From: a bacterium
GTDB lineage: Bacteria > Patescibacteriota > Gracilibacteria > Absconditabacterales > Absconditicoccaceae
Direction: 5' to 3'
Length of the DNA stretch: 40,000 nucleotides
Assembly (NCBI GenBank): GCA_043772005.1
Contig: JAYVGP010000009.1
Coordinates: 4,328-44,327, forward strand
Shown: positions 1-9,592 of the stretch, in pieces
Position numbering within the stretch: position 1 is the first letter of the stretch
How the letters are laid out: every line of letters begins with the position of its first letter
The notes under the pieces: model-generated
Seen by the model: the letters and a program-made list of their open reading frames with translations, nothing else
What the model was told of the DNA's origin: nothing
Databases searched by the model: none
Made by a program: the position numbers and the translations under genes

Positions 1-781
1 TATCCCAATGAGCATGTGAACGATGTCAGTGCAAAATACTAGAAATAGATTGTTTGATATCAAGAATATGGCGATGATGTTTGTCGTGTCATTGAATCAG
101 CACGGCATACCTTAATAATCACAAACTTGCATTACCATTGACGCGCCTGACAACATCGAGCACCTTGGTTCCACGTACATGTGACAAAATCTGACTAATC
201 ACGCGGTCAACCTCCTCACACTCAGATGGTAGTAGCTCTTGAAATTCATCAGATCTGACGATGCGATTATGTTTTGTGAGCTTATCAATGAGTCGATCTT
301 GATCTTTGTAAATAAGCTTCTTGCTGATATGATGCTGTACTGGAGTATCTTCATCAATTTGCGATAAATCACCAACTTTACCATCGAGCAATAAGCTCAC
401 ATAACGATCTTGTGTGTATGCTATCATACGGGCTGAGTCATCAATACGTGAGCCAAACATACGATATACAATTGCAATACTTGTCACCAGACGAGTCAGA
501 TCTCGATGAATCTGTCACCAGTTGGCTTCATCAAAATCATTGATATCAAAATCAATCTGACCAGCCAATCACCTCATGGTACCAAAATTTTCTACGTGTA
601 GATCGCCACACACTCGTCACCATGGAGATTCAAATGTAAGACGATCCTCGAGAGCTTGGTAAAATAATACAGCACTTCATCTAAAAAATGCTACTGGGTT
701 ACTCGCCATTTTGGCCCACTTGCGCTTGAGTAGTTCTGGGTCGCGTCATGCGTTGATCTTGTATAATTGTTCAATAATCAT
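1..781 (-). CDS. DUF2252 domain protein (C-terminus runs off the window start)
   Basis: ATG at 781-779. Track ORF 119..487 extends in the same frame in both directions through TGA (515-517, 569-571, 617-619, 119-121). Translated motifs KMASNPVAFFRGSA, CGDLHVENFG and DFDINDFDEA are typical of DUF2252. Confidence 0.7.
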
Positions 782-847
782 GAATTGAGAGCTAGCTAAT
801 ATGATACACTATTATAGTTATAAATGAGAGAATTAGCAATAATAAGT

Positions 848-893
848 AAAACTTGATTACTAATGGGTCTTGACTATGTAGTAGATAACTATT
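848..893 (+). promoter_or_regulatory. Conserved 45-bp promoter-like box, copy A (TTGATT-N16-TATGTA core)
   Basis: AAAACTTGATTACTAATGGGTCTTGACTATGTAGTAGATAACTAT is near-identical to the reverse complement of 14545-14590. It lies in the intergenic gap between two minus-strand genes and points away from both. Confidence 0.35.
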
Positions 894-1053
894 ATATCGT
901 ATTTTATTCTGATTGATGTAGTAAATCTACTATAAAAAAACATCGCCAATGATGACAATGTCTGAATATTGAACTATGAAAACACAATGCACTACGTACT
1001 AGATTTTACATATAATAGTAATCCTACATTTATGTGAAATCCACTATAATGAA

Positions 1054-1914
1054 TTACTTATCATTGATTAAGCTTGCCATCTTACCTTCAAGGTTTTCGT
1101 TGACGTAAATAACCTTGGCGTTACTATGACCAATCTTCTCCAGTGTCTCAATCCTACTGGAAGCAAGGAGAAAATCAAGAATTTGTGATCATTTGAGATT
1201 TGAGTCAGACGATTTGATTTCTTCAATCGAATTCTTGAATCAGTTGGCAATTGCCTCTCTCTGGAGAGCCATACCCTCACCGATAAGCTTCTTGACCTGT
1301 TTGTCTGCTTCAGCTGAGAGGATATCTGACTGCTTACGTCACTCGGCGTCGTTGATGGCGGCGAGCTTATTTTTAGCTGATGCTACGACACTATTCATCG
1401 CATCGAGGACACGGTTATCAAGTTTGATGTCTTTGACCTGCACTGAATCAAGCTCCATACCGAACTCCTGTAACTTGACCGCAAGGATATTCTTGACCTC
1501 GTCACCGATCTCGTTACGCTTGGAGAAGATCTCATCATGAGCAAACTCATATACCTTGGCTCTGAGTTGTTCTTCGACCATTGATCTGATGGCTTTGATC
1601 GGATCATTGATGATGAAGAGTGAATCAGTAATCGCCTTATCATTGTCCTGTACACGGAAGATCACATTGAGATCGACTCTGGTATTAACATTATCACGAG
1701 TGATGCTATCTACTCCTACATCCAAGTTAGTCATGGCGAGTGTCTGACGTCTTGTGGATTGGATAATCGGGATGATGAAGTTGAGTCATGATCTGAGTAC
1801 GCCTGTCGGCTTACCAAGGGTAAGCACCACGAGAGCAGTCCTGGGTGAGACAATCTTGATACCTGAGAGTAATACGATGATGAATACACCGAGAATGATG
1901 AGTTGTATTGACAT
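1054..1914 (-). CDS. SPFH/band-7 (stomatin/prohibitin-like) membrane protein
   Basis: ATG 1914-1912 with an N-terminal TM segment (MSIQLIILGVFIIVLLSG). Track ORF 1339..1734 is the SPFH core. It continues through TGA at 1339-1341, 1240-1242 and 1189-1191 to TAA at 1056-1054. 286 aa. Confidence 0.8.
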
Positions 1915-1943
1915 ATTATATTAAATTTACAAATTAAAAATTA

Positions 1944-3551
1944 TTATTCCACTAGGTGCAATATCACACCTGCAAACTTGATCGTATCAGTCACCGTAAC
2001 CTGCTCGCCTGATGGTAGCATCATCGATCCGCTATCGCCACGCTGTCATCCCATCTCTGGGTAAAATACTGTCTGGTCGAGTACGATTACTCTCTGACCG
2101 TCCGCATCAAAATCAGATAACACTGCAAACTCAGAACTCGTCAGATGATCATATCATACAAATTTCGTCTCCGAGATTCCTCATAGATATTTGGACCGAT
2201 CAATTGTGTTTTTGAAGTTAGCGTTGGCACGAGAGCGAGCTTGAGCATTGGATAGGGCTGACTCAAATCATGATTGATCTACTGATTTATTGTTGTGTCA
2301 TGCGATCTCGATAGTAAGTTCACTGGGGAAGCCATAGGTATCATACAAGCGAAATACCGTCTCACCATCAATTGTATCCTCGGTCTTAGCAATAATATCT
2401 GCCAACATAACTCTACCCTGGTCGAGCGTACGTTGGAACTTAACACACTCAGAGATGATTGATACTGGATCAATAGTAATATGAGGATAATCTGTTGCAT
2501 AGTGTGCTTGGATATATCATAGGATCTGCTTGGTAATTTCTAATTGATGATCCTGGGCAAGTTGTCCGATGTAATAATATGCTCTACGGATCAGACGGCG
2601 GAGAATATATCATCTTCACTCGTTGCTCGGTGTGACACCATCTGCTACCAGGAAGATTGATGCTCTGAGGTGATCCATGATCACACGGTACGCTTTGAGA
2701 TGAGATTCATACTGTGTATGAGTCAATGTCTCAATCTGACGGATGATCGACAAAAACAGATCTGTCTCGAAAATGGTCTCAGTGTTTTGTAATACCATCA
2801 TCAAACGTTCAAATCACATACCTGTATCGACGTTGGTCTGAGATAGTGGCGTAAATCCATTGCCAGATCAGTCTTGGTAATATGCCATGAAGACGTTGTT
2901 CCGGATCTCAGTATAACGATCATTGACTCCAATATCCCAGTCTGATGGCATCGCATCTCCCGTAATAGGATCAGTATAGTTCTGCCCATCTACTCATCTA
3001 TCATAGTAGAACTCACAACAGGGTCCACAAGGCCCGATTGCTCCTGGAGTCCGGAAGTTGTCAGACTCACCATCCTCATCAAATCATAGCTCACTGATAC
3101 GCTCAATCCCTAGAGTCTTGAGGATATCATAACTTTCGGTATCACGAGGAATCCCAGTAGCTTGATCTCCAGCAAAGATCGTCGCACCCAAACGATGCTT
3201 GGGGATTCACAATACATCTACAAGAAACTCAACTGTCCATGTGAGGGCCTCAGTCTTGAAATAATCACCAAGTGACCAGTTACCCATCATCTCAAACATC
3301 GAAAGATGTCTCTCGTCTCCGATATCTTCGATATCATTGGTACGGATACAGCGTTGGATATTATGCAGACGCTGACCAAGTGGGTGTGGCTTACCCACCA
3401 AGTATGGCACAAACTGCTGCATCCCAGCAACATTAAATAAGACTGATTTGTTTTCAGAGCTTGCGACAAGTGATACTGGTTTTGCTTCAGCATGTTGCTT
3501 ACTAACCCAAAACTGATCTCGCATTTGCCTTACCTGACTTGAATTATACAT
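1944..3551 (-). CDS. alaS: Alanine--tRNA ligase, short form (catalytic + tRNA-recognition + beta-barrel only, 535 aa)
   Basis: The N-terminus in track ORF 3207..3551 is canonical AlaRS ([19 protein letters not shown]). Downstream fragments join via TGA. The motif [19 protein letters not shown] has its second G as TGA at 2046-2048. TAA stop at 1946-1944, about 26 codons after this GGQ motif. Confidence 0.85.
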
Positions 3552-3653
3552 GAGAATTCTGAATTATATCATAAATAATGTGGGTAAATCATCCTTCCTC
3601 TAATTTCCATCCTAAGAATACTTCCTATGAGAAGCCGTTAATGAAAGGAGAGG

Positions 3654-4355
3654 CTATAATGTTGATTGTGCTGCATGTAAGGTTGGGTTATACATCTTGA
3701 ATAACAGTGATACAATCTCTCACGCATCAAGTTCAACTGATTGAAGTCAGACTCATCTCATACCCTCAATGATGAGGTTGTTTCTCATTTCAAGGAACTT
3801 GCGTTGCTTGACGTAGGTGCGATATCTGTCGATAATCACTTCGGCTCACTGGTCGCTATTGAGTACGTCCATAAACTTCTGTCGTCGTGGCTTATTAATA
3901 TGATCTGCATCCTTCTCAGTACTATAATATGGTACTACAATATAGAACTCCTTGATATAGACGAGTCATTCCTTGGTATTGATCGCATCCATGAAGCTGA
4001 TATACTCCTCACCGTAACTAGCAAGGGTTGGGTTGGCAATCTTCTCTACCTGCTCTTTCATAAGATTGATGTAATCTGACAGATCCAAGTAACTATTGTG
4101 AACAATAATCTGGATGGGGAAATCAAGCGCATTGAGGAATCTTTTGTATTGCTCGATGATCTGTAGTTGCTCTTCATAGCTTCTGAGATCCAAGTTGATA
4201 CCCTCTACTTTGATGATAGATCTGAGTCACCCGTCCTTGAGGATGATGGTCTCTCCTCTAATCTCTGTAAACTGAAATAAGCTCTCAGTACTCAGAGTAT
4301 GCTGGTTTTGCTCTTTACGAACTTTGTTGTTTTCGAGGAGGTTGAAGATGGACAT
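3654..4355 (-). CDS. Hypothetical protein (233 aa); weak resemblance to the N-terminal region of VirB4/TraC-type conjugation ATPases, with no ATPase domain
   Basis: ATG 4355-4353. Contains track ORF 3966..4193 and reads through TGA (e.g. 3966-3968) to TAG at 3656-3654. The segment IILKDGGLRSIIKVEGINLDLRSYEEQLQIIEQYKRFLNALDFPIQIIV recalls the VirB4 N-terminal pattern. This is from memory, not a search. Confidence 0.45.
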
Positions 4356-4432
4356 AGGAATTATGGAATAGGAGAAATAGAATGACGTACGCTGCTATCT
4401 ACAGAATACTCAAAAACATCTCAAAATCAAAT

Positions 4433-4461
4433 AAAAAGAAAACCCCCTCACGAGAAGGGGG
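4433..4461 (-). terminator. Rho-independent terminator after the S-layer-like gene
   Basis: On the minus strand: CCCCCT-tctcgtg-AGGGGG followed by TTTTCTTTTT. It sits about 30 nt after the stop codon at 4493. Confidence 0.75.
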
Positions 4462-4492
4462 TAGTCTTTGGTATAAAATCCATAACTAACTA

Positions 4493-7400
4493 TTAGAAGT
4501 TATCAGCAAAAGCTGAACCAAGATTAGTAGTTGAGAATCTAAGACCTGAGATAGTAGTCATACTATCTTCTTCTGAGTATGTTACATTTGCAGAATTCTT
4601 GTAATCGATAGCGATAGAAGAATCAGCTCCAAATGAAGCAGCATCAAGATCTACATAGAATGTAGCAGTCTCACCAGCACCTAAGATACTATCAGTACCT
4701 GTAAGGTTGAATGTTACTACACCAGCTGTACATGTACCAGTACCAAGAGTCGTAGAGTCACCTCTAAGAGCAAGGTTTACAGTACCTGAGAATCCAGCGT
4801 TAGTAGCACATACTAATGTAAGAGTCTTAAGAGCCAATTCAGCATCTTCAGTATCAGCTTGCTTAGAGTTAGTCCAAGAGTCAGCTGTAATTACCAATTT
4901 ACCGATTGTCTGATTAGGACTTGAAAGGTTTGAAGTATCGTAGTCAGTAAGAGCAAGAGCGCTAATTCTAACAGGAACGATAGCAACAGTATATGGAGAG
5001 TTTACATTAGCTTCAGTGATATCACTATTAGATGACATACCTTGAGCTTCTACTATCTGGAGACCGATTGTGAAATCAGGACTTCCATAGTTAGCAGTAA
5101 GACCATCACCCATAACATTAGTTACCAATCTTAGGTAGAGTACTTCAGTTTTACCTGCAGTAACTACATAGTTAAGATCGTTGATCTGTATAGATGTATC
5201 ACCATCAGATACAGTACCTTCGCTACCAGCGTTGAGTACAGTACCATCAGCCTTAACAATTTCTACCTTAGATACTAGATCAGTAAATACAGCAGCATTG
5301 TTGAAGGTAATAGCAAGATCTTCAAGTTTGATATCTTCATCACTAGCCTTAACTTTGAATGCAGCTACGTTCTTAGTAGAACCAGCAACAACATACATAT
5401 TGTTTTTGATAGTAGAGTTTGTAGTATCAGCAGATACGTCAAGATCACCATCACCTACGAGAACGATTGCTCTTGTAGTAAAGCTTGAACTATTAGCAAC
5501 AATATCGTTTTCATCGTCTCTAAACTCAAATGAACTTACGTTAGCTGAGATAGAACCAGTAAGACTATTGTTTGATGTTACGTCGATCTTCACAACATAC
5601 TTCTGAGTAGAAGATGCAGCGATGATTTCGTTGAATCCATCAAGATCAAGTGTACCAGCATTTGTGATATCACTACCGTTCCAAGATTCGATTACAGTAG
5701 CTGAACCGTCCTTGTAAAGAGCAATCTTAGTAATGTAGTTCTTGTTGAAGAATGTAGCATTACCAGTCATCATAAATTCTTTGAACTTGATAGATGAACT
5801 ATCATCAGTTTCAACTTGGAATGTGAAGAAGGCAATATCTTTTTGACCAGCTACTACGTCAAGAGACTGAGCAGAGATCTTAGATACCTTAACACCTGGT
5901 TCTACAATAGTAAGCTTGTCGAATGTCAATGAAGATGGAGTGATATCAGTGATATCTTCGTTTTCATCAAGATCTTCGAGAGCTATATTACTAGCCATAA
6001 GACTTAGTTGTACTGTATCTGCTACAAAACCGCTAAGATTAGCTTTAGTATCACCACGTACTTCGATTCTTACTTTCTTACCAGTTGGGATAGAAAGAGC
6101 AAGATCGTCGAATGTAAGAGTATTACCAATAGCATCTACTTCTTCAGTACTACCATCTACAGATACTTCGATTTTGTCAAAGATACCAGTCATAGTACCA
6201 CCACCAACAACACTAGCGTTGAATACAAGTGTATCGAGTTCTACATCGCTACCAGCGTTGACCGTAAGGTCAAATGCAGCAAGCAAGTAGTCGTCTCTAT
6301 CTTGTCTCATTTCGTCGATATCGAGGTTTACTTCTTCGAGAGTGACATCACCAGCGTCGATAGTAATTGTTGAACCAGCAGTAGGAACAGCATCGAGAGT
6401 TACAGCAAGACCGTAACCATATTTAGCGTCATGACCCATGATGTAATTTACGTCATCGATGATAAGCTTGATGTCTTCACCAATACCTGAGATAGGATCA
6501 GCCATTACTTTGAAGTCTTGTGATTCACCATCAGCGATCATAAGTGGCTTAGCAAATGTGAAAGTAAGATACTTACCGTCAACTTCTGATACTGTAGCTA
6601 CTTCTACACCATCAAACTCAAGAACGAAGTTCTCAAAGTTAGTTCTGATGTTGTTTTCGTCGTCTTCAAGAGTAATAGAGTCGATCATTACATCGTAGTC
6701 AGCATCCTTGTTTTCGATTTCGAATGAAGCAATTTCTACACCCTTGTCTCCAAGTTGTACAGTGTCGTCATTAACATCCATGTCGATTTCGATTTCAGTA
6801 GCGTTAACTGCACCTACTCTAAACTTGTTAGCGTCAACAGCGTCAACAGCGTTACCGTTTACTTCGATAGCAGCAATAGTGAACTCTTGGTTAGATGCAA
6901 TAGCTTCGTCTCCGATAGTTGCAACTACATCTACAGTCACTACATCACCAGCGGCGAGAGTAAGAGTAGGAGTAAGAGTAAACTCTCTTGTACCATCAGA
7001 TTCAAATGATCTAGTCTTAGAAGCAATTGTACCGTTGATGTAAAGAGTTACATCTTGGATAGAATCCTTGTTACCAAGACCGAGTCTTTCGAGAGTAATA
7101 GATGCCAACTTACCAGCTTTGTCAGCTTCGATGTCGAATGAAGCGACATGAGCAGGAGCAAGACCAGGAAGAGTAGTACCCTTTGGAGATTCAGCAGAAA
7201 CTGATACAGTGTATTCACCGTTACCAACTACTACAGGATCTACAGGGTCAACAGGATCTACTGGATCTGTAGGTTCTGTAGCACCTCTGTAAAGCATAAG
7301 AAGAGCTTCGTATCTAGTGATAGGTCTGTCAATAGCAGCACAGTCCGTTTCCTTAGTGATACCATTCTCTTGTGCATAAGTACAATAGTTCTTATACCAA

Positions 7401-7858
7401 GGAGAAGTAGCTTCATCCATTGATCCATCAAGTCCTCTTACGAGAGCTACGATAAATTGAGCTTTAGTCATGTTTGTTTTAGCCATAAACGCGTTATTTG
7501 AACCTCTAAGCAATCCTTGACCACAAGCTGTAGTAATAGATGCAGAAAGTGAAGGATCAAACATAGCAGCGTCTGAGAAGCTACAATCAATTGTTTCATC
7601 AACTTCAGTACCGAGAACTTCAGTAGCGAAAGCTGATAAGAATTTAGCTCCTTGTTCTCTTGTAAGAGTAGCAAAAGGCATAAAGGCAGTTTCTGTGCTG
7701 TACATTGTTAAACCTGTATTGTAACCCCACGCAAGCGCAGCGTCGAATTCAGGATCGTTCAATGCTCCAACCACAGGCGAAAGTGCCGTGAGAGTTACAT
7801 TAGCCATCATAGCAATAAGCATTGCAGATGATACTAGTTTTACGTTGAATTTATTCAT
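4493..7858 (-). CDS. S-layer-like surface protein with N-terminal signal peptide and three SLH-like domains (1121 aa)
   Basis: One unbroken ORF even in the standard code (track 4493..7951). I start it at the internal ATG 7858-7856, where MNKFNVKLVSSAMLIAMMANVTLTALSPVVGA looks like a signal peptide. SLH-like segments are present (WGYNTGL...FMPFATLTREQGAKFL; FSDAAMFDP...MTKAQFIVALVRGL; SPWYKNY...ITRYEALLMLYRG), then a PTDPVDPVDPVDPV linker, then about 850 aa of T/S/D/V/N-rich modules. Confidence 0.75.
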   Translation of the reverse strand: MNKFNVKLVSSAMLIAMMANVTLTALSPVVGALNDPEFDAALAWGYNTGLTMYSTETAFMPFATLTREQGAKFLSAFATEVLGTEVDETIDCSFSDAAMFDPSLSASITTACGQGLLRGSNNAFMAKTNMTKAQFIVALVRGLDGSMDEATSPWYKNYCTYAQENGITKETDCAAIDRPITRYEALLMLYRGATEPTDPVDPVDPVDPVVVGNGEYTVSVSAESPKGTTLPGLAPAHVASFDIEADKAGKLASITLERLGLGNKDSIQDVTLYINGTIASKTRSFESDGTREFTLTPTLTLAAGDVVTVDVVATIGDEAIASNQEFTIAAIEVNGNAVDAVDANKFRVGAVNATEIEIDMDVNDDTVQLGDKGVEIASFEIENKDADYDVMIDSITLEDDENNIRTNFENFVLEFDGVEVATVSEVDGKYLTFTFAKPLMIADGESQDFKVMADPISGIGEDIKLIIDDVNYIMGHDAKYGYGLAVTLDAVPTAGSTITIDAGDVTLEEVNLDIDEMRQDRDDYLLAAFDLTVNAGSDVELDTLVFNASVVGGGTMTGIFDKIEVSVDGSTEEVDAIGNTLTFDDLALSIPTGKKVRIEVRGDTKANLSGFVADTVQLSLMASNIALEDLDENEDITDITPSSLTFDKLTIVEPGVKVSKISAQSLDVVAGQKDIAFFTFQVETDDSSSIKFKEFMMTGNATFFNKNYITKIALYKDGSATVIESWNGSDITNAGTLDLDGFNEIIAASSTQKYVVKIDVTSNNSLTGSISANVSSFEFRDDENDIVANSSSFTTRAIVLVGDGDLDVSADTTNSTIKNNMYVVAGSTKNVAAFKVKASDEDIKLEDLAITFNNAAVFTDLVSKVEIVKADGTVLNAGSEGTVSDGDTSIQINDLNYVVTAGKTEVLYLRLVTNVMGDGLTANYGSPDFTIGLQIVEAQGMSSNSDITEANVNSPYTVAIVPVRISALALTDYDTSNLSSPNQTIGKLVITADSWTNSKQADTEDAELALKTLTLVCATNAGFSGTVNLALRGDSTTLGTGTCTAGVVTFNLTGTDSILGAGETATFYVDLDAASFGADSSIAIDYKNSANVTYSEEDSMTTISGLRFSTTNLGSAFADNF

Positions 7859-8080
7859 CCGAATAAAAGTAAAAAATAAAAAAGAATTACATGAGACAAA
7901 ATATCTCACTGTGTCTCCACACAGCTTGACGCCAAGATAGTGATCAGACATACGAATACAAGTGAAAATGTACCAATGTCTGACACGCCCTGTGTACGGT
8001 CGTCACCATGTATGTACGACTATATCTGATGCTTGTGACAATTATGATGTCTGACAGAGTATGTATTAGATTGACAATCT

Positions 8081-8111
8081 GGTTATAAGCTTTATAAAGT
8101 TTCACCTTCGC
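8081..8111. repeat. AT-rich 31-32 bp box, copy 1 (GGTTATAAGCTTTATAAAGTTTCACCTTCGC)
   Basis: About 27 of 32 positions are identical to 9505-9536. It lies about 225 bp upstream of the S-layer-like gene start. Confidence 0.4.
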
Positions 8112-8446
8112 AGATATAAGCTGTCGCTATAAGGTTTATCTCCCTTCAACAAGTATACGCTGTTGTTCAAGTTCATAAGATTTTCTGTCTTCTTCTTCGT
8201 TGTACCGACTGCGTCAGCACTTGTACTCTTTAGGGCATATACTGCAGCAGCCTCGTTCTCTATATATTCATCATTAGGAGCGGAGCCAATAGAGAGCAGT
8301 AATCCAGTGAGTAGAGAGATTGAACATTAGAGCGAATCATAATAGACTAATATAAGAATATCACATAAAGCTGGATTACTTGACTAAAGGGTTACTTTCA
8401 TATCGTATACCTCATAATAACGAGTGGTTTGTGATAAATAAAAAAA

Positions 8447-8519
8447 TCAGAGTGGCGGGGCTCGAACCCACGACCTCAAGACCCCCAGCCTTGCGCGCTA
8501 CCAACTGCGCCACACCCTG
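8447..8519 (-). tRNA. tRNA-Pro (anticodon GGG)
   Basis: Hand-folded cloverleaf: acceptor CAGGGTG/CACTCTG with C1-G72 and A73, D arm GCGC-AGTTGGTA-GCGC, anticodon arm CAAGG-CTGGGGG-TCTTG, T arm GTGGG-TTCGAGC-CCCGC. CCA is not encoded. Confidence 0.9.
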
Positions 8520-8686
8520 ATTTATGTTTGCACTATAATAATATGTGTATCAAATTCAAACTGATCAATTAATTATCACAATCAAACACGTAGCAATACA
8601 TCCCTATGTCAATTAAATACGATCGAGTAAGAACCTTAAATAACCTTAATACTCAAATGAGTAGTAGCTCTGCATCCCATACGTCC

Positions 8687-9502
8687 CTATAACTTACGAC
8701 CCAGTCAAATAGTATCACATCCGTACCGCTCATCTCTATATTCGTCTACAATTACTTCTCAGTCACGAATATCGGTACCGACGGTACGTACGAGGATGCG
8801 ATGTTTGGGATAGAGTGTCTGGATCACAGCAACATAGTCTATGGCTGACTGCTGTGACTGCTCCATCACGATCACACTCGAACCACCATGGGTAGCGATC
8901 TCACGGAAGTAGTCAGATAGATACCAATAACTCCAATCAGAAATAAGAACATACTGGCTCTTCTGCTCTTCAGGATCAAGTCAGCCTACAGCTTCAATCA
9001 TACTTGCTGGGAATAAAGTTATGGATTGTCACATCTCACCCAGATACCACAGACCATCACGCTGCGCCATCTCCAACTGTGATGGAAGATAGCGATGTGT
9101 GATTCTGATATAAGTGGGTTGCTGTGTAGTACTCATAATATGATCCAAATCTGACAAAGATATAGGCTCATACACTCTCCAACCATATCATGTCATGAGA
9201 GTAATATCATCAAACTCAGGAGCAAACTTATGACCTATGCTAGCTACTCATACACGCAGATTGACGATTGTGATCTGAGTCAGGTTGCTCACATCATATA
9301 GGTCAAAAAATTGAGCTGCTGTGAGACGAGAGAGAATAATAAGCGTAGGCTGATCTACAGCTGAATCAAACTGTTTCAATGGTACACAATTAGGAAAGAG
9401 GTGTCAGACATCAGCATAGATAATACTATAACTCTGAGACTCGATCAGCTGATCTACAAAGTCTCAAGATTGAATATAGTGGAGGAGATTTACTTCGTTC
9501 AT
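8687..9502 (-). CDS. Divergent transketolase C-terminal-subunit-like protein (271 aa)
   Basis: No ORF of 60 aa or more in the standard-code track. With TGA=Gly there is one frame from ATG 9502-9500 to TAG 8689-8687. The pattern ...IIYADVG...PTLIILSRL...ITIVNLRVGVASIGH...DDITLMTGYGWRVYEPISLSDLDHIM...PTYIRITHRYLP follows the Pyr/C-terminal transketolase layout, but the catalytic-type motifs are degraded. Confidence 0.4.
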
Positions 9503-9504
9503 AA

Positions 9505-9536
9505 GGTTATAAAGTTTATAAAGTTTGCACCCTCGC
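9505..9536. repeat. AT-rich 32 bp box, copy 2 (GGTTATAAAGTTTATAAAGTTTGCACCCTCGC)
   Basis: Near-identical to 8081-8111. It sits directly upstream of the ATG at 9502 of the minus-strand transketolase-like gene. Confidence 0.4.
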
Positions 9537-9592
9537 GGGCATACCGCTTCTCAACAGATTCATTACTATTCTGCTGTTTTTATAAGTAAGAT

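Noticed and set aside
4707-7043. Plus-strand track ORFs 4707..4913, 5181..5606, 5916..6290, 6008..6373, 6459..6698, 6708..7043 and 6755..7009.
   Set aside because: All lie antisense to the 3.4-kb S-layer-like ORF and have Ser/Leu/Thr-rich compositions typical of shadow frames. None has independent motif support.
7859-7951. The 31-codon N-terminal extension of the S-layer-like ORF (MSDHYLGVKLCGDTVRYFVSCNSFLFFTFIR).
   Set aside because: The internal ATG at 7858 gives a standard n-h-c signal peptide. The extension precedes it and looks like translated upstream DNA.
8066-8326. Possible 86-codon minus-strand ORF with a signal-peptide-like beginning (..LLTGLLLSIGSAPNDE...) in the S-layer upstream region.
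   Set aside because: There is no ATG, GTG or TTG near its 5' boundary. The only in-frame ATG is near the 3' end. It lies in the probable promoter or 5' UTR region of the S-layer-like gene.
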